This document shows positions 12,205 to 24,358 of a DNA stretch of 64,000 bases, in pieces. Origin of the DNA: Antedon mediterranea (Eukaryota > Animalia > Echinodermata); NCBI RefSeq assembly GCF_964355755.1, contig NC_092674.1:6944001-7008000 (forward strand). The letters run 5' to 3'. The position numbers and the translations under genes were made by a program. Under the pieces are notes generated by a model. That model saw only the letters and a program-made list of their open reading frames with translations, did no database searches and was not told the origin of the DNA. Positions within the stretch are counted from its first letter, which is position 1. The number at the start of each line of letters is the position of its first letter.

Positions 12205-15200
12205 GTGAGTATCTAGGAATATTATGTAGCCTAGCTAGGAGGTAGGCAAGTAGGCTAGAGGCTAGGCCGGGTACTAAAAAAAGATTAGCCTAGGCTAGGG
12301 CCTTAGGCCTACTACTAGCCTAGCAAGGCCTCTCCCTGCTACCTCTACCTACCTGTCTACTTGGTAGGAGGCGGCACGCTCTAGACTAGCCCTGGCTATA
12401 TAAGGAAATGTCCAAGTACCAATGTGCTGCACGTTCAGACCAATATGGTGTAGGCCTAGCCTAGGCTAGGCTCTAATAAAATAACCTAAATTAGGTGATT
12501 AATTGTACTTAGGTAGTCTTAGTTTACTAAAACTAAATGACAAATGTAATTGTAACACTGGCTAGGATAGGATGAGAGAGAAGGCTCTGTGAATTGGTAG
12601 TAAGTTGGTTTTTTTGTAAGAAAAGAAAAATAATATAATGTATACTGGACTGCTTAAAACAATGAAACATACAATTAATATGATACATTAAATTACAATT
12701 GAATATTAATTATTAAATTAAAAAATAAATGAAATAATTTTGTTTTAATGAGAAAGGGTTTGGTGTTTTCTCCTTATTTGCAGTTGCTGTGACCTCATTT
12801 GAAGGACTAACGATAGAAGACGATGCCTTTGACAACGTATCAACTAAGTTACCGATGGAAGTGGTTCACTCAGTCTATGCTGGAATATACACAATCCTCA
12901 AGTGTGCGTTACGTCTGTCTCATACTACTCTAAAATCTGAGGTACTAAAGTAGTTAACATACTCTAGATATCTATTCACAGGATGTAACAACAAAAACAA
13001 GTCCTACTTACCAAAAAAAAAGACCACACACAATGCTAAAGTATCACACGTAGCTAACCCAAGACAGAAATACATGTTTCAGTACTCACCCTTAAATATA
13101 AACCTAACCCTCTAAGCATTTTCCAATAGAGTACTAAAGTTCATTAACACCCAATTCTGGAGGAGTGTGCTACTGTTATGTGTACAGTTAGCCTTGTGTG
13201 ACATGTAATATTTGTAGCAATCTCGTGGGGGTAATAATATAATGGGTGTCAATATTGAAGAATAGGTGTCAACAAGTGTTTACAGTAGGGTGAGTGGTTA
13301 GTGTTATGTTAAAAGTGGATTGATTTGTTAGATACAATTTTAAAGAAATTTATCAAGCAAAATTACTGTAGACATCTTTCCTACAGGTCACTTACAAGCC
13401 TGCTAGTAAGATGCCTAAAGTTTCATTTTTTTGTAAAAAAAAAAACATGTTTAAACAAGTATAGTTTAATTTATTACAAAACTGTTATGCTCTAACAAGG
13501 GTATCATATAAATATATAATTTATAAATTTAATTACAAGTTTCTTAGCAACAGGGATATTGCATTGCAAGTAAAACCATAGGTCAATCTCTGTGTGGGTA
13601 TTTAAATGTAAATGTTACTATAAATCATTAAATTTAAACATGGTTTAATAAAGAGGTTCTCGTCAATCAGTAACCTAAAGAACTTTTTGAATCATTAAAC
13701 TGAATTAAGTAAAAAATTAATGAATATTTTAATGTCATTGTAATAAAATAGAGGCAGAGCTTGCAGTGGCGGATCCAGGATGTTATGTTGAAATAGGGGG
13801 GTGAGGCCTATAAATGGTAAAATAAAGGCTGAGCTTATTTGATATCCTATCTTTTGCATTACAATTTTCAAAATTTAAGGGGAAAGGCCCCTTGGATCCA
13901 CCCTGCTATGTATGTTATTATATTATTTTTATTTTAAACTTTTATTGGAAGGTTGCCCCCTATATACCCAGTTTCAACAGAAATTCCACCTATGTTTCGC
14001 CAACGGCCGTATGAACACTAGGCAAATTACTAAAGGAGATCTTCTTATCCCTCGTCCTTACCTTGAAATCTTTAAACTTTCTTTTAGTTTCAATGCTCCT
14101 TCTTTCTTTAATTCTCTACCTTTAAGCATTCGTAACTCTTACAAGTTCTCCTCCTTTAAATCTCTTTTGAAAAAACACCTGTTTCTCTCTCTCTGATTTT
14201 ATTTCTTTTTTTCCTTCTTTCATTGTTGGCTTTCTGGTATATTTATATATATATATATATATTTATTTTTTATATCTTTGTTAATTTTGTGTTTTTATAG
14301 TTTATTTTGTATTTACTGTTTGTTTGAGGGTCCCTAATGATCAGCTGATGCTGGATGGACCACCCTCATAAAATATTGTTGAAATAAATAAAACGTTCAC
14401 ATCCCTGCCTATAGAACTGTAAAATTCCAAACTTGCGGCTGTACGGCGTAAGTTTTCGCATATCAAGCTCCATTAACGTTATTCGAGTTTATTCACATTA
14501 ATAAAAATAAAATTGAGGCACACAATCAGTGGATACAGGTATTTCTGCAAGATATTTCATTGTGTTGTCAAACTCTGCTTGATTTATATTTAGACACAGC
14601 GGCTTGCATGGTTGACTGGATGCTTTGACAGTTAAATGTTAAAGAATGTATTTTGTTTTGTAAGTAATATGATTTGTGAGGACCACCTGTTTCAAATTTA
14701 GGTTAAATTTTAGGAAATTTAACAATATAATGATGTTAAAATGGTGAGAAGGGTTAAAAGAGAGCAAAAGTCCCGCCCATACCAACATGTGACCATGATG
14801 ATTGAGTCTCGTGGTGTTTTGGGGAAAAACCTTATTTCAATATGAAGTTTTAAATAACTTTAAATCACATGCCTTTCTGTAAATATTGGTATATATTCAA
14901 ATGTGTGTAGGCCTAATGTATGCAACTGTCCACACATGGAAAACAAAGTAAAAACAAATGTGTCTATTTCAACATTGCAGAATGTGTGATGCAAGAGACA
15001 CTGGGTAAAAACACAACATTAATAATTAGTTAATTAATCAACATTAATAATTTTTTTAACGTACAGTACATGTATTTTGTTTAGAAAAAACTACTGTATG
15101 ATTGTTTTTAATTGCCAAACTTCCTGGCTAAATAAGAAATGGATTGTTAATTCATAATAGGCTATTGAAAAACCTGTATAAACTACAGTAGAACCTTCAT

Positions 15201-18200
15201 TTTACGTACGGTACGGGACCGAAAGGCGCACGTAAAACAAGGGATTCGTAAAATCAAGGTTGACCTTAAATTGACCCCAAATACGTAGAGATCGTAGCTA
15301 GCCGTATTTGCCTACTTCTGTACAGTATGCAGGTGGTCACTAGCTAGGCCTTGCCTAGACTATTCAGGCCAGGCTAGCAGGCGTAGCAAGAAAAGTACAG
15401 TATATACAGGCTGTACGATGTTTAAATAAAGTGTAAAATATAATTGTTTTCTATCAATAAAAACGTGCGTAGCTTGTCCCACAGACAGCAGAATTCCTCA
15501 CACAGCCATGATTGTGGCTTTGTGTGCTTTGTTGTTGTTAAATTGCGCCCTCAATGTAAGAAAATGATGACGTCATCGGTTATTTTAAGCGTACGTAAAA
15601 TCGAGGGAACGTAAAATCAGGGTACGTAAAACACAGGTTCTACTGTATACAATATTCAGCCAGCTAGTGGAAATGAACCCTTTTAAAAGAAAACATTTAC
15701 AATGATGCATAACAACATTTATTACAACATGCAGACTGTCAACATGGAAAAATATGAAAATTGATTTATTTAAATTAACTTACCGTACTGCGTGTGTCAA
15801 CTAATATGTTGAATTTACTCCTCAAATGATAACAATTAACATTCAACACAACGATATAGCGATTAAAATATGTGTTGAACCGTAATGCGTGTTAACAAAA
15901 TCCATCTTACAAATAATTATTACTTTATGATGACTAAAACGCATCAAGGTTAATTAATATAACCTTGTTAATTAATTAATTAGATCTGAATCACTCATAC
16001 AATCACAGTACAGTACTTACTTGCTGCTTGTCTAAAACTGGTTGCAAGTCTGTACTGTGGGGTTATGTAAATATTTCAATGAATGTTAGAGGATGTGTTT
16101 TGGAACAGTGGAGTATAGGTTTACAAAACACATAGAAGCTTTATTCTTTTGTTATGATGCTTACTTTTAGAATCTACCATGAATTTGTGCGTGTAAACAA
16201 TAAGTGTATATTTTACAGCTTTCTCATTTGTATAACCTGTATTTCGAAAGTTGAAATGTCTGTTGTTATAAGCAGCTTTCGTGACAGAATTACATTCACA
16301 CAATAGTAATTCTGATATTATGTATCTCCAAATACAAACTTAAAGCTATACAATTCTGTGTAAAATTACATTTAAATAGAAAAAGAAACTCATTCTTGAG
16401 AATATTTTTAATAGAAACATAAAGCCATTATTAGTATCTTTCATAAGAAAAATTAAAATGACTTTTCAATGAAGATTGTTATAGTAGCCAGGCCCACAAA
16501 AAAGATTACTATAAAACCCACTCATCCACAGTATTAGGCCAAGTAACACCACAATAATACTGTAGATCATAAATCTTACATACTGTACTCCCCAATCCTA
16601 TACAAAATAAGTGTTTATCAATTTAAAAAAATGAACAACTTTGCAATACTAACCATGCTTTTTCACAAAGTTTCCCATAATCCTTTTGAACAGAAAATGA
16701 AGTACCGGTACAGTAAATATTACCCACAATACAACATGAACTGCAGCAATTAAAGGTCCAACTAAACAGAAAATGGGTTATTATCTCCAATCGTGAAACT
16801 CCCAACACAGTACATAATACCTACCCCTAAGAGCAAACCAACAGGATATACAGAAAACACCGCAGTAAAATCCTATGTAATTTATTCAAGATAATGTAGC
16901 TAATTTGCATAGTGGTTGTTTAAACATTGTAACAATAAACCGATTGCGGGTCAAAAACCTATATTAATTTATTGGAACCTATTCAGATCAATATGTTTGA
17001 TATGATTTTTACACAACAGGAAGGGCAAAGTCCATTAATTATATAGATAAAAAGGGTGTTTAATGTTAAATTTATTTACATTGAAGATTCCCTGTTGAGT
17101 TCAACACCTAGATTAAAACATTCAGTGAGTTTACCCATCAATCCTGTAGAATTTGATTTGATTTATTTTGATACCATACAGGACAGACATAAACAACAAC
17201 AATCTTCCATGGCATGGTACCAGGGATGGCGCTCTAATCTAAATTCCCAGAAGAGGAATGAAGAGTCCCTTTAGCTATTGAATGATTTCCAATCCTAATT
17301 AGAATCTGTACTATACTTGCATGCATGCTTTTGTTCACTTATGTTGTTGCCTCCTACAGTAGGAGCTAATAATCTTCACCCAGTCTATCTAAGGCTTTCC
17401 ACCTAAACTTAATTTTCATAAACACTAATACTAATAGTTGTCTACTTTGAAGTTGCAATCTTTAAATGTATATCTTCTTGGATAAGGACTATAAACCGTC
17501 CAGTGTACAGTTCGTACACTTTAAAAAACCCAGTTTATTATTTGGGACAAGAAGGCCAGACATGGCCAATCGAAATCCAGAGTTTTGCAAAGTTGACGGT
17601 TGAGCTTTAAATACTTTTTTTTGCTTTCTTTCAGGTCTTCAAAGAGGACTTAACAGAGTTAAAGTAAGAAAAACATTTCATATACCAGTGTTTTATTGAT
17701 ACTATATTAGGTCTTTGATAAATAGCTGACTGTGTACCAGTTGTAAACTGTCCCTTCCTAATCCTAACCCCCATTCCCACTAGAAGAACATGTGTATGTT
17801 ACTAGTGAGCTCAAATAGTTACCTACCTATAGGGTTGAACCTTACACACACCTCAACTTCAAATTAACAAAAAGCAATTGACACACAAAGTACGTCGCTA
17901 TACATCACTAACATTCTCATTTTTATATAAAGTTGCTTTTGATTAGACTACACAGCACATTGACTATTATACCAATATCCTGCCTAAGAAAACATCTTGA
18001 TCAGGCAATGCATAAGTAGTCAAGGAAATGATTTCAAAATGAAAAACAGGAAAAAGGGGGTGTGTCAATACACCTTGAAAGAATCTACTGTGTGTACATA
18101 TTCTGCAATATCCCATTGTATTGGTTCAAGTCTATGAGGCCCCCCCCCCCCTCCGGGATTTGAGGGCTATCCTTTGCACCGTATAAAATTATAATGTTTT

Positions 18201-21200
18201 TTATTGCTTTTATTCGTATTTTTATCGAAATAAATCAAATGTGTTAAATTATGATTTTAGATGTTTAATTTGTATTTAATGCTTTTTTAAACAGGATTCC
18301 TCAAGAGTATATTTCTGATCTTGCTAGTGCAGTATATGGATCCAAGTAAGTTTTTTTGTTTTTAATAAAACAAAAGAAAAACTGTACATATATGGACATG
18401 ATGACGTGATATCACTACCATATTTGGGCACACCATACTTTCTTTGTCAAACTAGTTTGATAGTGTAGACAAAGCTTTAATTCTGTCAAATTTTATGTGA
18501 CAAAAAAATGTGATGTGCCCATATATGGACATGATGATGTCATATCACTACCATATTTGGGCACACCACAATTTTTTTGCCAAACTAGTTTGGTAGTTAG
18601 TGTAGACAGAGCTTCATGTATTTATATACTGAAACATCTTGTCCCTATGAATTGTATACATTTCCTATACCCATGTGTCTTTCAGTATCAACATTAAAAT
18701 AGTCTGTTTATTTTAGTTACACAGACATTTGGCCTTTAGATATTAAAAAAAAACTGATGTAATAAGTTGACGCCAAATGTATTTATTATTATGTTATTAA
18801 TATTATAGACGCACTTTATTAAATGAAGCCATAGCAAAACATGGAAGCCATCTACCAAACCTAGACAGATTTAAATGGAGAACAGATGTAACAATATCAA
18901 CAAGGTGAGAAGGTTAAATATCACTAAAAGGTTTATAAACCTTTCATAGCGGTCCACATATACATTAAGGGGGGTAAAGGGATCACGTAGCATAGCCAAA
19001 CCAAGACCATAAAGACAAGAATGCTGTTAAAGCTATTAATATAAAGCTGAACTTTTTATTTGTGTGTACATTTGCCTTTTATACAGTAGAACCCCTATTA
19101 AGAGGAAACACAACAAAAACATGGGGTAATATATGTTTAACGCTACAGACAACCCCTATTTAGAGGACACCCCTATGAAGGGGACACATGAAACAAAAAT
19201 GGGCGACTGTATATGTGTTTTACCACTACAGACAACCCTTGTTCAGGGACACTCCTATTAAAGGGACATGTGAAGAAAAAAAGGGGTAATATACATTTTA
19301 ACGCTTCAGCCAACCCCTATTCTTGAGACACCCCTATTAAAAACAAATAATGGGGTAATATATGTTTTAATACTGTGGCCAACCCCTATTCAGAGGACAC
19401 TCCTTTTAAGAAGATACATGATACAAACAAGGGGCTATATATGTTTTAACACTACAGCCAACCCATATTCAGGGCACACTCCTATTAACAAGATACATGA
19501 TACAAACAAAGGGGCTATATATGTTTTAACACTACAGCCAATCCATATTCAGGGCACACTCCTATTAACAAGATACATGATACAAACAAAGGGGCTATAT
19601 ATGTTTTAACACTACAGCCAACCCATATTCAGGGCACACTCCTATTAAGAAGATACATGATACAAACAAAGGGGCTATATATGTTTTAACACTACAGCCA
19701 ACCCATATTCAGGGCACACTCCTATTAAGGGTACACCTGAAACAAACATGGAGTAATATATGTTTTAACGCTACAGCCAACCTCTATTCAGGGGACACAC
19801 CTAATAAGGGGTCACCTTTTTTTTATCCCGAAGGGCTCCGTCTTAATTAATAATAATGGTTCTAATTTATTGCTGTAGTTTATTTTAATGCACCTAATGT
19901 TGCTATGTATTTCTTTGCAATAAATTGAAAATAAAAATTTGAATAAGGAATCAAATAAAGTCTTTCAAAACAGTATTATTATTAAATAACTTTGAATTAT
20001 TTATTTGACTTTTAAATCTCAGCGACTAAATTATATTATAAAGTTGAAAAATGGTACTAATATGATATCAGGGAATGCAATTGGTTTTCTTTGAAATATT
20101 TTAAAATATGATGTGAATTATGGATGTTCCAACCTGCTATTGCCATTTCCTGGTATTTATTATTATTATTATTTTTTTGGGAATAAATTAAAAGTATGTT
20201 CTTATCCTTTTTAAATATTTTTTATACCCCTAGTAATTTAAACCGTGTACTTGAGCCTACAATACTGATGGAGATGAGGCTGAGTGATGGCGCTGTTCAC
20301 AATTTTGAGGTTTGTAAAACATTTTTAACACAAATATATTTATGTTGGATTGCACATTCACTGTATTATATACTGAGCACTTACACAACAAAAAGTTTTG
20401 TAATAAAAACAAATTATGCGAATGTCAAACATAATAAGGAAAAGACAATACAAATTGGCCGGACATATGCTAAGGACACTCCAGCCAAATTAGCGTTGAC
20501 AGAATCCATCCATCCAAAAACTACCTGGATAGGAAACATAAATAAAGAACTCAAAAAAGCAAATACATCGATCGCAAAATTAATGACAGACAATCAGACC
20601 ACCGAAAGAGAGTCATGGAAACGATTAGCGTACGCAATGTCTACCCAAGACGAATAGCAACGGATAATGATGATGATGCGAATGTATTGAATATGTGTCC
20701 ATATTAGAAAGAAAAATCATATTCATATATAAAACATGAATTATTGTTTTGAAATTGTAAAAACTATTTGTTGTAAATTCATTGCTATTATACAGTAGCG
20801 ACGCAGAAGTAAATGGCTCTATGAGCAGATTCATTATTCAATTAAAAAAAATTGAAATATTTGTGATGGAAATACTCAAAATAGATACCACAAGTTCAGA
20901 TTCAACTTTATTTATCCATGGAGGCAGGGTTGTTTTTCACTGGGGCTGTAACTTTTGATAGTAGGGAGGTTTCGCAATCTTACGAATACGATAACGAAAA
21001 CGGATACGCACACGTATTCGTTTTTCGTAGGCCAGGAAAAATCTGTTTTCCAAAATATGACTGCGGTAAATTTGAGCGAAGCGGCAGGTACGTGTTGCTT
21101 GGCTGCCTAGGCCTAGCGTAACATCAAAGCGAGTGAGGACTTCAAAAACTGCTATTTATCAAAATTGACCTGGCATTTTAGTAAATTATTTTAGTAAATT

Positions 21201-23651
21201 ACTTTCAATAAATCTATAATTATATTATAATCATGAATCATTCCTGATTCAAATGCAAAATGTGCAAAATAGATCAAAAACTATACACGTTTTGTAGTTA
21301 CGAATATGACTGGTGATATTCGTCAACACGAATACGCTTTACGAATATGTGTGACGTATCCGTTTTCGTTATCGTATTCGTTTTCGTTATCGTATTCGTA
21401 AGGTTGCGAAACCTCCCTAGTATAGCAGATAACACTAGAAATCAACAGTTAGAATTTTCTTAATTATCAGCAATAACTAATGATCAACCCTAAAGCTCTG
21501 TACACTATCAAGCTAGTTCATTGTCACTGTATTAAATTCTGCCCTCTATTGGTTGGACCTCCAGACAAGTACTCTTTAGGGTGATTTAATTGCACTATCA
21601 AACTTTATGTGACAAAAAAATGTGATGTGCCCATATATGGACATGATGATGTCATATCACTACTATATTTTGGCATAACACACTTTTTTTGTCAAACTAG
21701 TTTGATAGTGTAGTGTTGTTTAGGTAGGCCTCTTTTAAAATTGATTTCTCTATAGTGCCTTGTATTTTGTTTGTTTTGTAGTTTCTTTAGCGAAAATGTA
21801 TTTATTATTATGTTATTATCACCAAAATTTGACCGACCAACATTTTTTGCCGTACTGCATAACTATTTAATTGGGCAGTAGGCATCAGAATCATAAAGGG
21901 CTTAATTTCAACATTCGCTTGTTTCACTGCGCATCAGAAAGAAGCATTATTATTAATCAGTATTGGCAAATGATTATAATAATAATAATAGAAATTAAAT
22001 TAAAGAATTTATTTATTAATGATTAACCTGCTTATATAACAATAGACAATCAAAGCATATTGATTGAAATGCAACTAAACGTCATGTACCGGAAACTTTA
22101 TATCAACATATTGATTTCGCCATACAAACCTTCAAACAATAAATTGCTATCATTTATTTAGAGACCATGCCGAAAATATATTACTGCAGTTACTGCAGTA
22201 ACTACATTTAACATACTATTTAATCTGTTTTATTATTTAATTATTTATCTAGAGTTATCATACATAGTTTACTGCAATGACTACCTCATCATCTTCAACA
22301 TTTCAACAACCTAAATTATAAATTATTACAGTAGCAGATGTAGTTACTGCAGTAACTGCAGTAGCATAATTTTGGTATTATCCTTTTACTTAGCTAGCCT
22401 ATCATTCTTAAGTTATAGAAAATGTTTCAATATTTACATAACTATCCAACCTATCATATCATATATTCATTATTTGTATAACAATATATAGATTTAACCT
22501 TTTCATATTTATATAACGACAGAATGTTATATAAGAATATCCTCATCGAAGTCAACTATCGAGTTCTTTCTAGCGTGAAGTTGTGTTGTATATTTTTTCT
22601 TAGGTCTTTTGTCAACTTGACAATCTTAATACCTGACTTAATGCGTTAAGCTTAAGCAATTAAGTGTAATCTTTGGAGACTATAAACGAACGGAAATCGG
22701 GAATAAGCTGGTATTTTCAACCCCTACGAACAGGCCCTAGGAGGAAGTGGATATATCTACAGCTTAATACATGTTAACTAGTCTGACATTAACAAAAATT
22801 ATGTAACTGTAAACTGTAAAAGGCAATTTACACAGTTGAACAGTAATGGTTCTTTAGTCAGACTAGAATATCATTATCCAAATAATCTAAATAATATTCA
22901 AAATAATATTTAACAGCGGTTATTGCACAATGCTTCTAAGCGCTGAACATTATTACCCAAGTCATTTTTATAAAGTGAAACACGATGGCAACATATTCCT
23001 ATAATGCAGCTAGTAATCAGCTCAAAGTTGTGTCCTGATCTAACCGGGTTTCCATTTATACACCTGGGTGAAGAGAGGCAAATGTAAGTAAAGTATCTTG
23101 CCTAAGGTTACAAGCAATGCGGCGAGTGTGGGATTTGAACCACGATCTCACGATCAATAGTCCAACGTCCAACACACTGCGCCACACGCCCTAATCTAAT
23201 AGTAAATACTGTATACGGCCAACCCATATTCAGGAGACACCCTATTTTAACAGAACACAAAGGTGTCCCCTTAATAGAGGTTATACTTTAGTACCCTAAT
23301 AACAGGTAAACATATATTTATTATAATTATAAGCTAACTAACAATGGAATAGGAGTTGGTATACTGTAATATATTGACGCCCGTACCCACTGAAACCCAG
23401 ATCCTATCATGGAGTGGTCGGTCCTATACGCATGGTCCTTAATTGGAAGGTGATTAAGCTATATTTTATTTACACATTGCAAAACAGTTTGTACGACCCT
23501 GACCTAGTTTGTCACAATTAATACTTTTTTTTATATATTTTATTTTTAGGTCCCTGTATCGAAGTTTCATGAATTACGCTATAATGTGTCATACCTCTTA
23601 AAAGAAATGGAAGAGATGGAAAAAAGAAGCATTTTGAAAGTACAAGATTAG
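12075..23651 (+). CDS. COMMD5: COMM domain-containing protein 5 (Commander/CCC complex), 7 coding exons, 213 aa
   Basis: Exons 12075-12204, 12784-12941, 17635-17663, 18295-18345, 18809-18904, 20234-20309 and 23550-23651 are all GT-AG and phase-consistent, 642 nt in total. Translation SFVGARIPREV..DKDTFRKLLK..ALRL..FKEDLTELKIP..DLASAVYGS..LPNLDRFKWRTDVTISTS..EPTILMEMRLSDG..FEVPVSKFHELRYNV..LKEMEEMEKR matches COMMD5 as I recall it. Confidence 0.93.
12784..12941 (+). CDS. COMMD5: COMMD5 exon 2
   Basis: ttgcag acceptor; AVTSFEG..VYAGIYTILKCALRLSHTTLKSE; donor gtacta. Confidence 0.9.
13764..13905. mobile_element. hAT-like MITE
   Basis: CAGTGGCGGATCCAGG..CTTGGATCCACCCTG termini; relative at about 37917-38060. 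Confidence 0.6.
13945..14393 (+). mobile_element. 5'-truncated LINE (CR1/L2-group) 3' end
   Basis: ORF2 C-terminal-like NTRQ..LLIPRP..FKLSFSFNAPSFFNSLPLSIR..FKSLLKKHL then stop, 3'UTR and (AAAT)n tail. Confidence 0.75.
15186..15645. mobile_element. Tc1/mariner(pogo)-type MITE
   Basis: TA|CAGTAGAACC..GGTTCTACTG|TA with subterminal CGTAAAA repeats. Confidence 0.8.
17635..17663 (+). CDS. COMMD5: COMMD5 exon 3 (29 nt)
   Basis: Polypyrimidine tract + tcag; VFKEDLTEL; donor gtaaga. Confidence 0.85.
18295..18345 (+). CDS. COMMD5: COMMD5 exon 4
   Basis: acag acceptor; IPQEYISDLASAVYGS; donor gtaagt. Confidence 0.9.
18383..18613. mobile_element. Two tandem partial MITE family A copies
   Basis: Family A body sequence occurs twice. 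Confidence 0.72.
18809..18904 (+). CDS. COMMD5: COMMD5 exon 5 (start of COMM domain)
   Basis: atag acceptor; RTLLNEAIAKHGSHLPNLDRFKWRTDVTIST; donor gtgaga. Confidence 0.92.
19084..19866. repeat. MITE-derived tandem array, ~80-bp unit, about 9 copies, in COMMD5 intron 5
   Basis: Begins with TIR CAGTAGAACCCCTATTAA; near-identical units at 19411, 19490, 19570 and 19650. Confidence 0.8.
20234..20309 (+). CDS. COMMD5: COMMD5 exon 6
   Basis: ctag acceptor; NLNRVLEPTILMEMRLSDGAVHNFE; donor gtttgt. Confidence 0.9.
20440..20678 (+). mobile_element. LINE 3' fragment (RTE-like)
   Basis: DTPAKLAL..PKTTWIGNINKEL..ERESWKRL then stop, followed by a (GAT)n tail. Confidence 0.6.
20962..21419. mobile_element. 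Non-autonomous DNA element with long TIRs
   Basis: TAGGGAGGTTTCGCAA(T/C)CTTACGAATACGATAACGAAAACG inverted at both ends. Confidence 0.8.
21494..21713. mobile_element. MITE family A fragments
   Basis: TIR start at 21494 and body at 21593-21713. Confidence 0.7.
22164..22378. mobile_element. MITE-like inverted repeat
   Basis: TACTGCAGTTACTGCAGTAACTACAT inverted at both ends. Confidence 0.55.
22905..23192 (-). mobile_element. tRNA-derived SINE (family B) in COMMD5 intron 6
   Basis: Reverse complement of the 52867 element: tRNA head, CORE-like body, CAGCGCTTAGA tail. Confidence 0.8.
23550..23651 (+). CDS. COMMD5: COMMD5 exon 7 (last coding exon)
   Basis: ttttag acceptor; VPVSKFHELRYNVSYLLKEMEEMEKRSILKVQD then TAG. 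Confidence 0.92.
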   Translation, partial: VPVSKFHELRYNVSYLLKEMEEMEKRSILKVQD

Positions 23652-23736
23652 ATCGTTAAATATATCCATATTCTTTTATGTGGATTATTTAGTAGGCAAA
23701 AAAAATATATAAATATAAAAGTATAAAAGGCAAATT

Positions 23737-24058
23737 ACTGAAAAATGATGTGGGTATCAGTGGCTGGATCTAAATGGAGATACAAAATAAAATAAGCACT
23801 GACAAAATGACAATGCTGTGGGTATGAGTGGCTGGATCTCAATGGAGACAAAATAAAATAAGAACTGAAAAAATGACCATGCTGTGGGTATCAGTGGCTG
23901 GTTCTAAATGGAGATACAAAATAAAATAAGCACTAAAAAAATGACAATGCTATGGATATTATTGTTTAGAACTCAATGGAGACAAGATAAAATAAGAACT
24001 GAAAAAATGACAATGTTGTGGGTATCAGTGTTTAGATCTCAATAGAGACAAAATAAGC
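23737..24058 (+). repeat. 66/68-bp tandem repeat x5 just after the COMMD5 stop
   Basis: Units start near 23737, 23798, 23864, 23932 and 23998. Confidence 0.85.
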
Positions 24059-24358
24059 TAAAATCTATAAATCAAATAAAGTAAAACAGCCAGAAAAATT
24101 AGCAGAGCTTTCGGTCAACACCAGCCCTTCATCAGTATAAAATTATAAATATATATTATTTCAAATTAATTTTAATCTCTTTATAGTGTATATACATTTG
24201 AAAGGTCTTGTCCTGTAGACATTACATTTTCTTCGTAATCAGTACTATGAATAAATAAATTAGTTAAAATGACCGTTTCAGTGCTCATTTTATTTAATTT
24301 TAGTTTGTAAAAATAAAATTTTAAAATATCGTATCTTCAAACTAGATGAACATTTTCA

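Noticed and set aside
19084-19866. Regularly spaced repeats resembling a CRISPR array (also 23737-24058 and 39456-39596)
   Set aside because: Whole units repeat with no unique spacers, there are no cas genes, and the context is eukaryotic intron or UTR.
20196-20657. 153-aa ORF
   Set aside because: Chance fusion of COMMD5 exon 6, intron sequence and an RTE-like LINE fragment.
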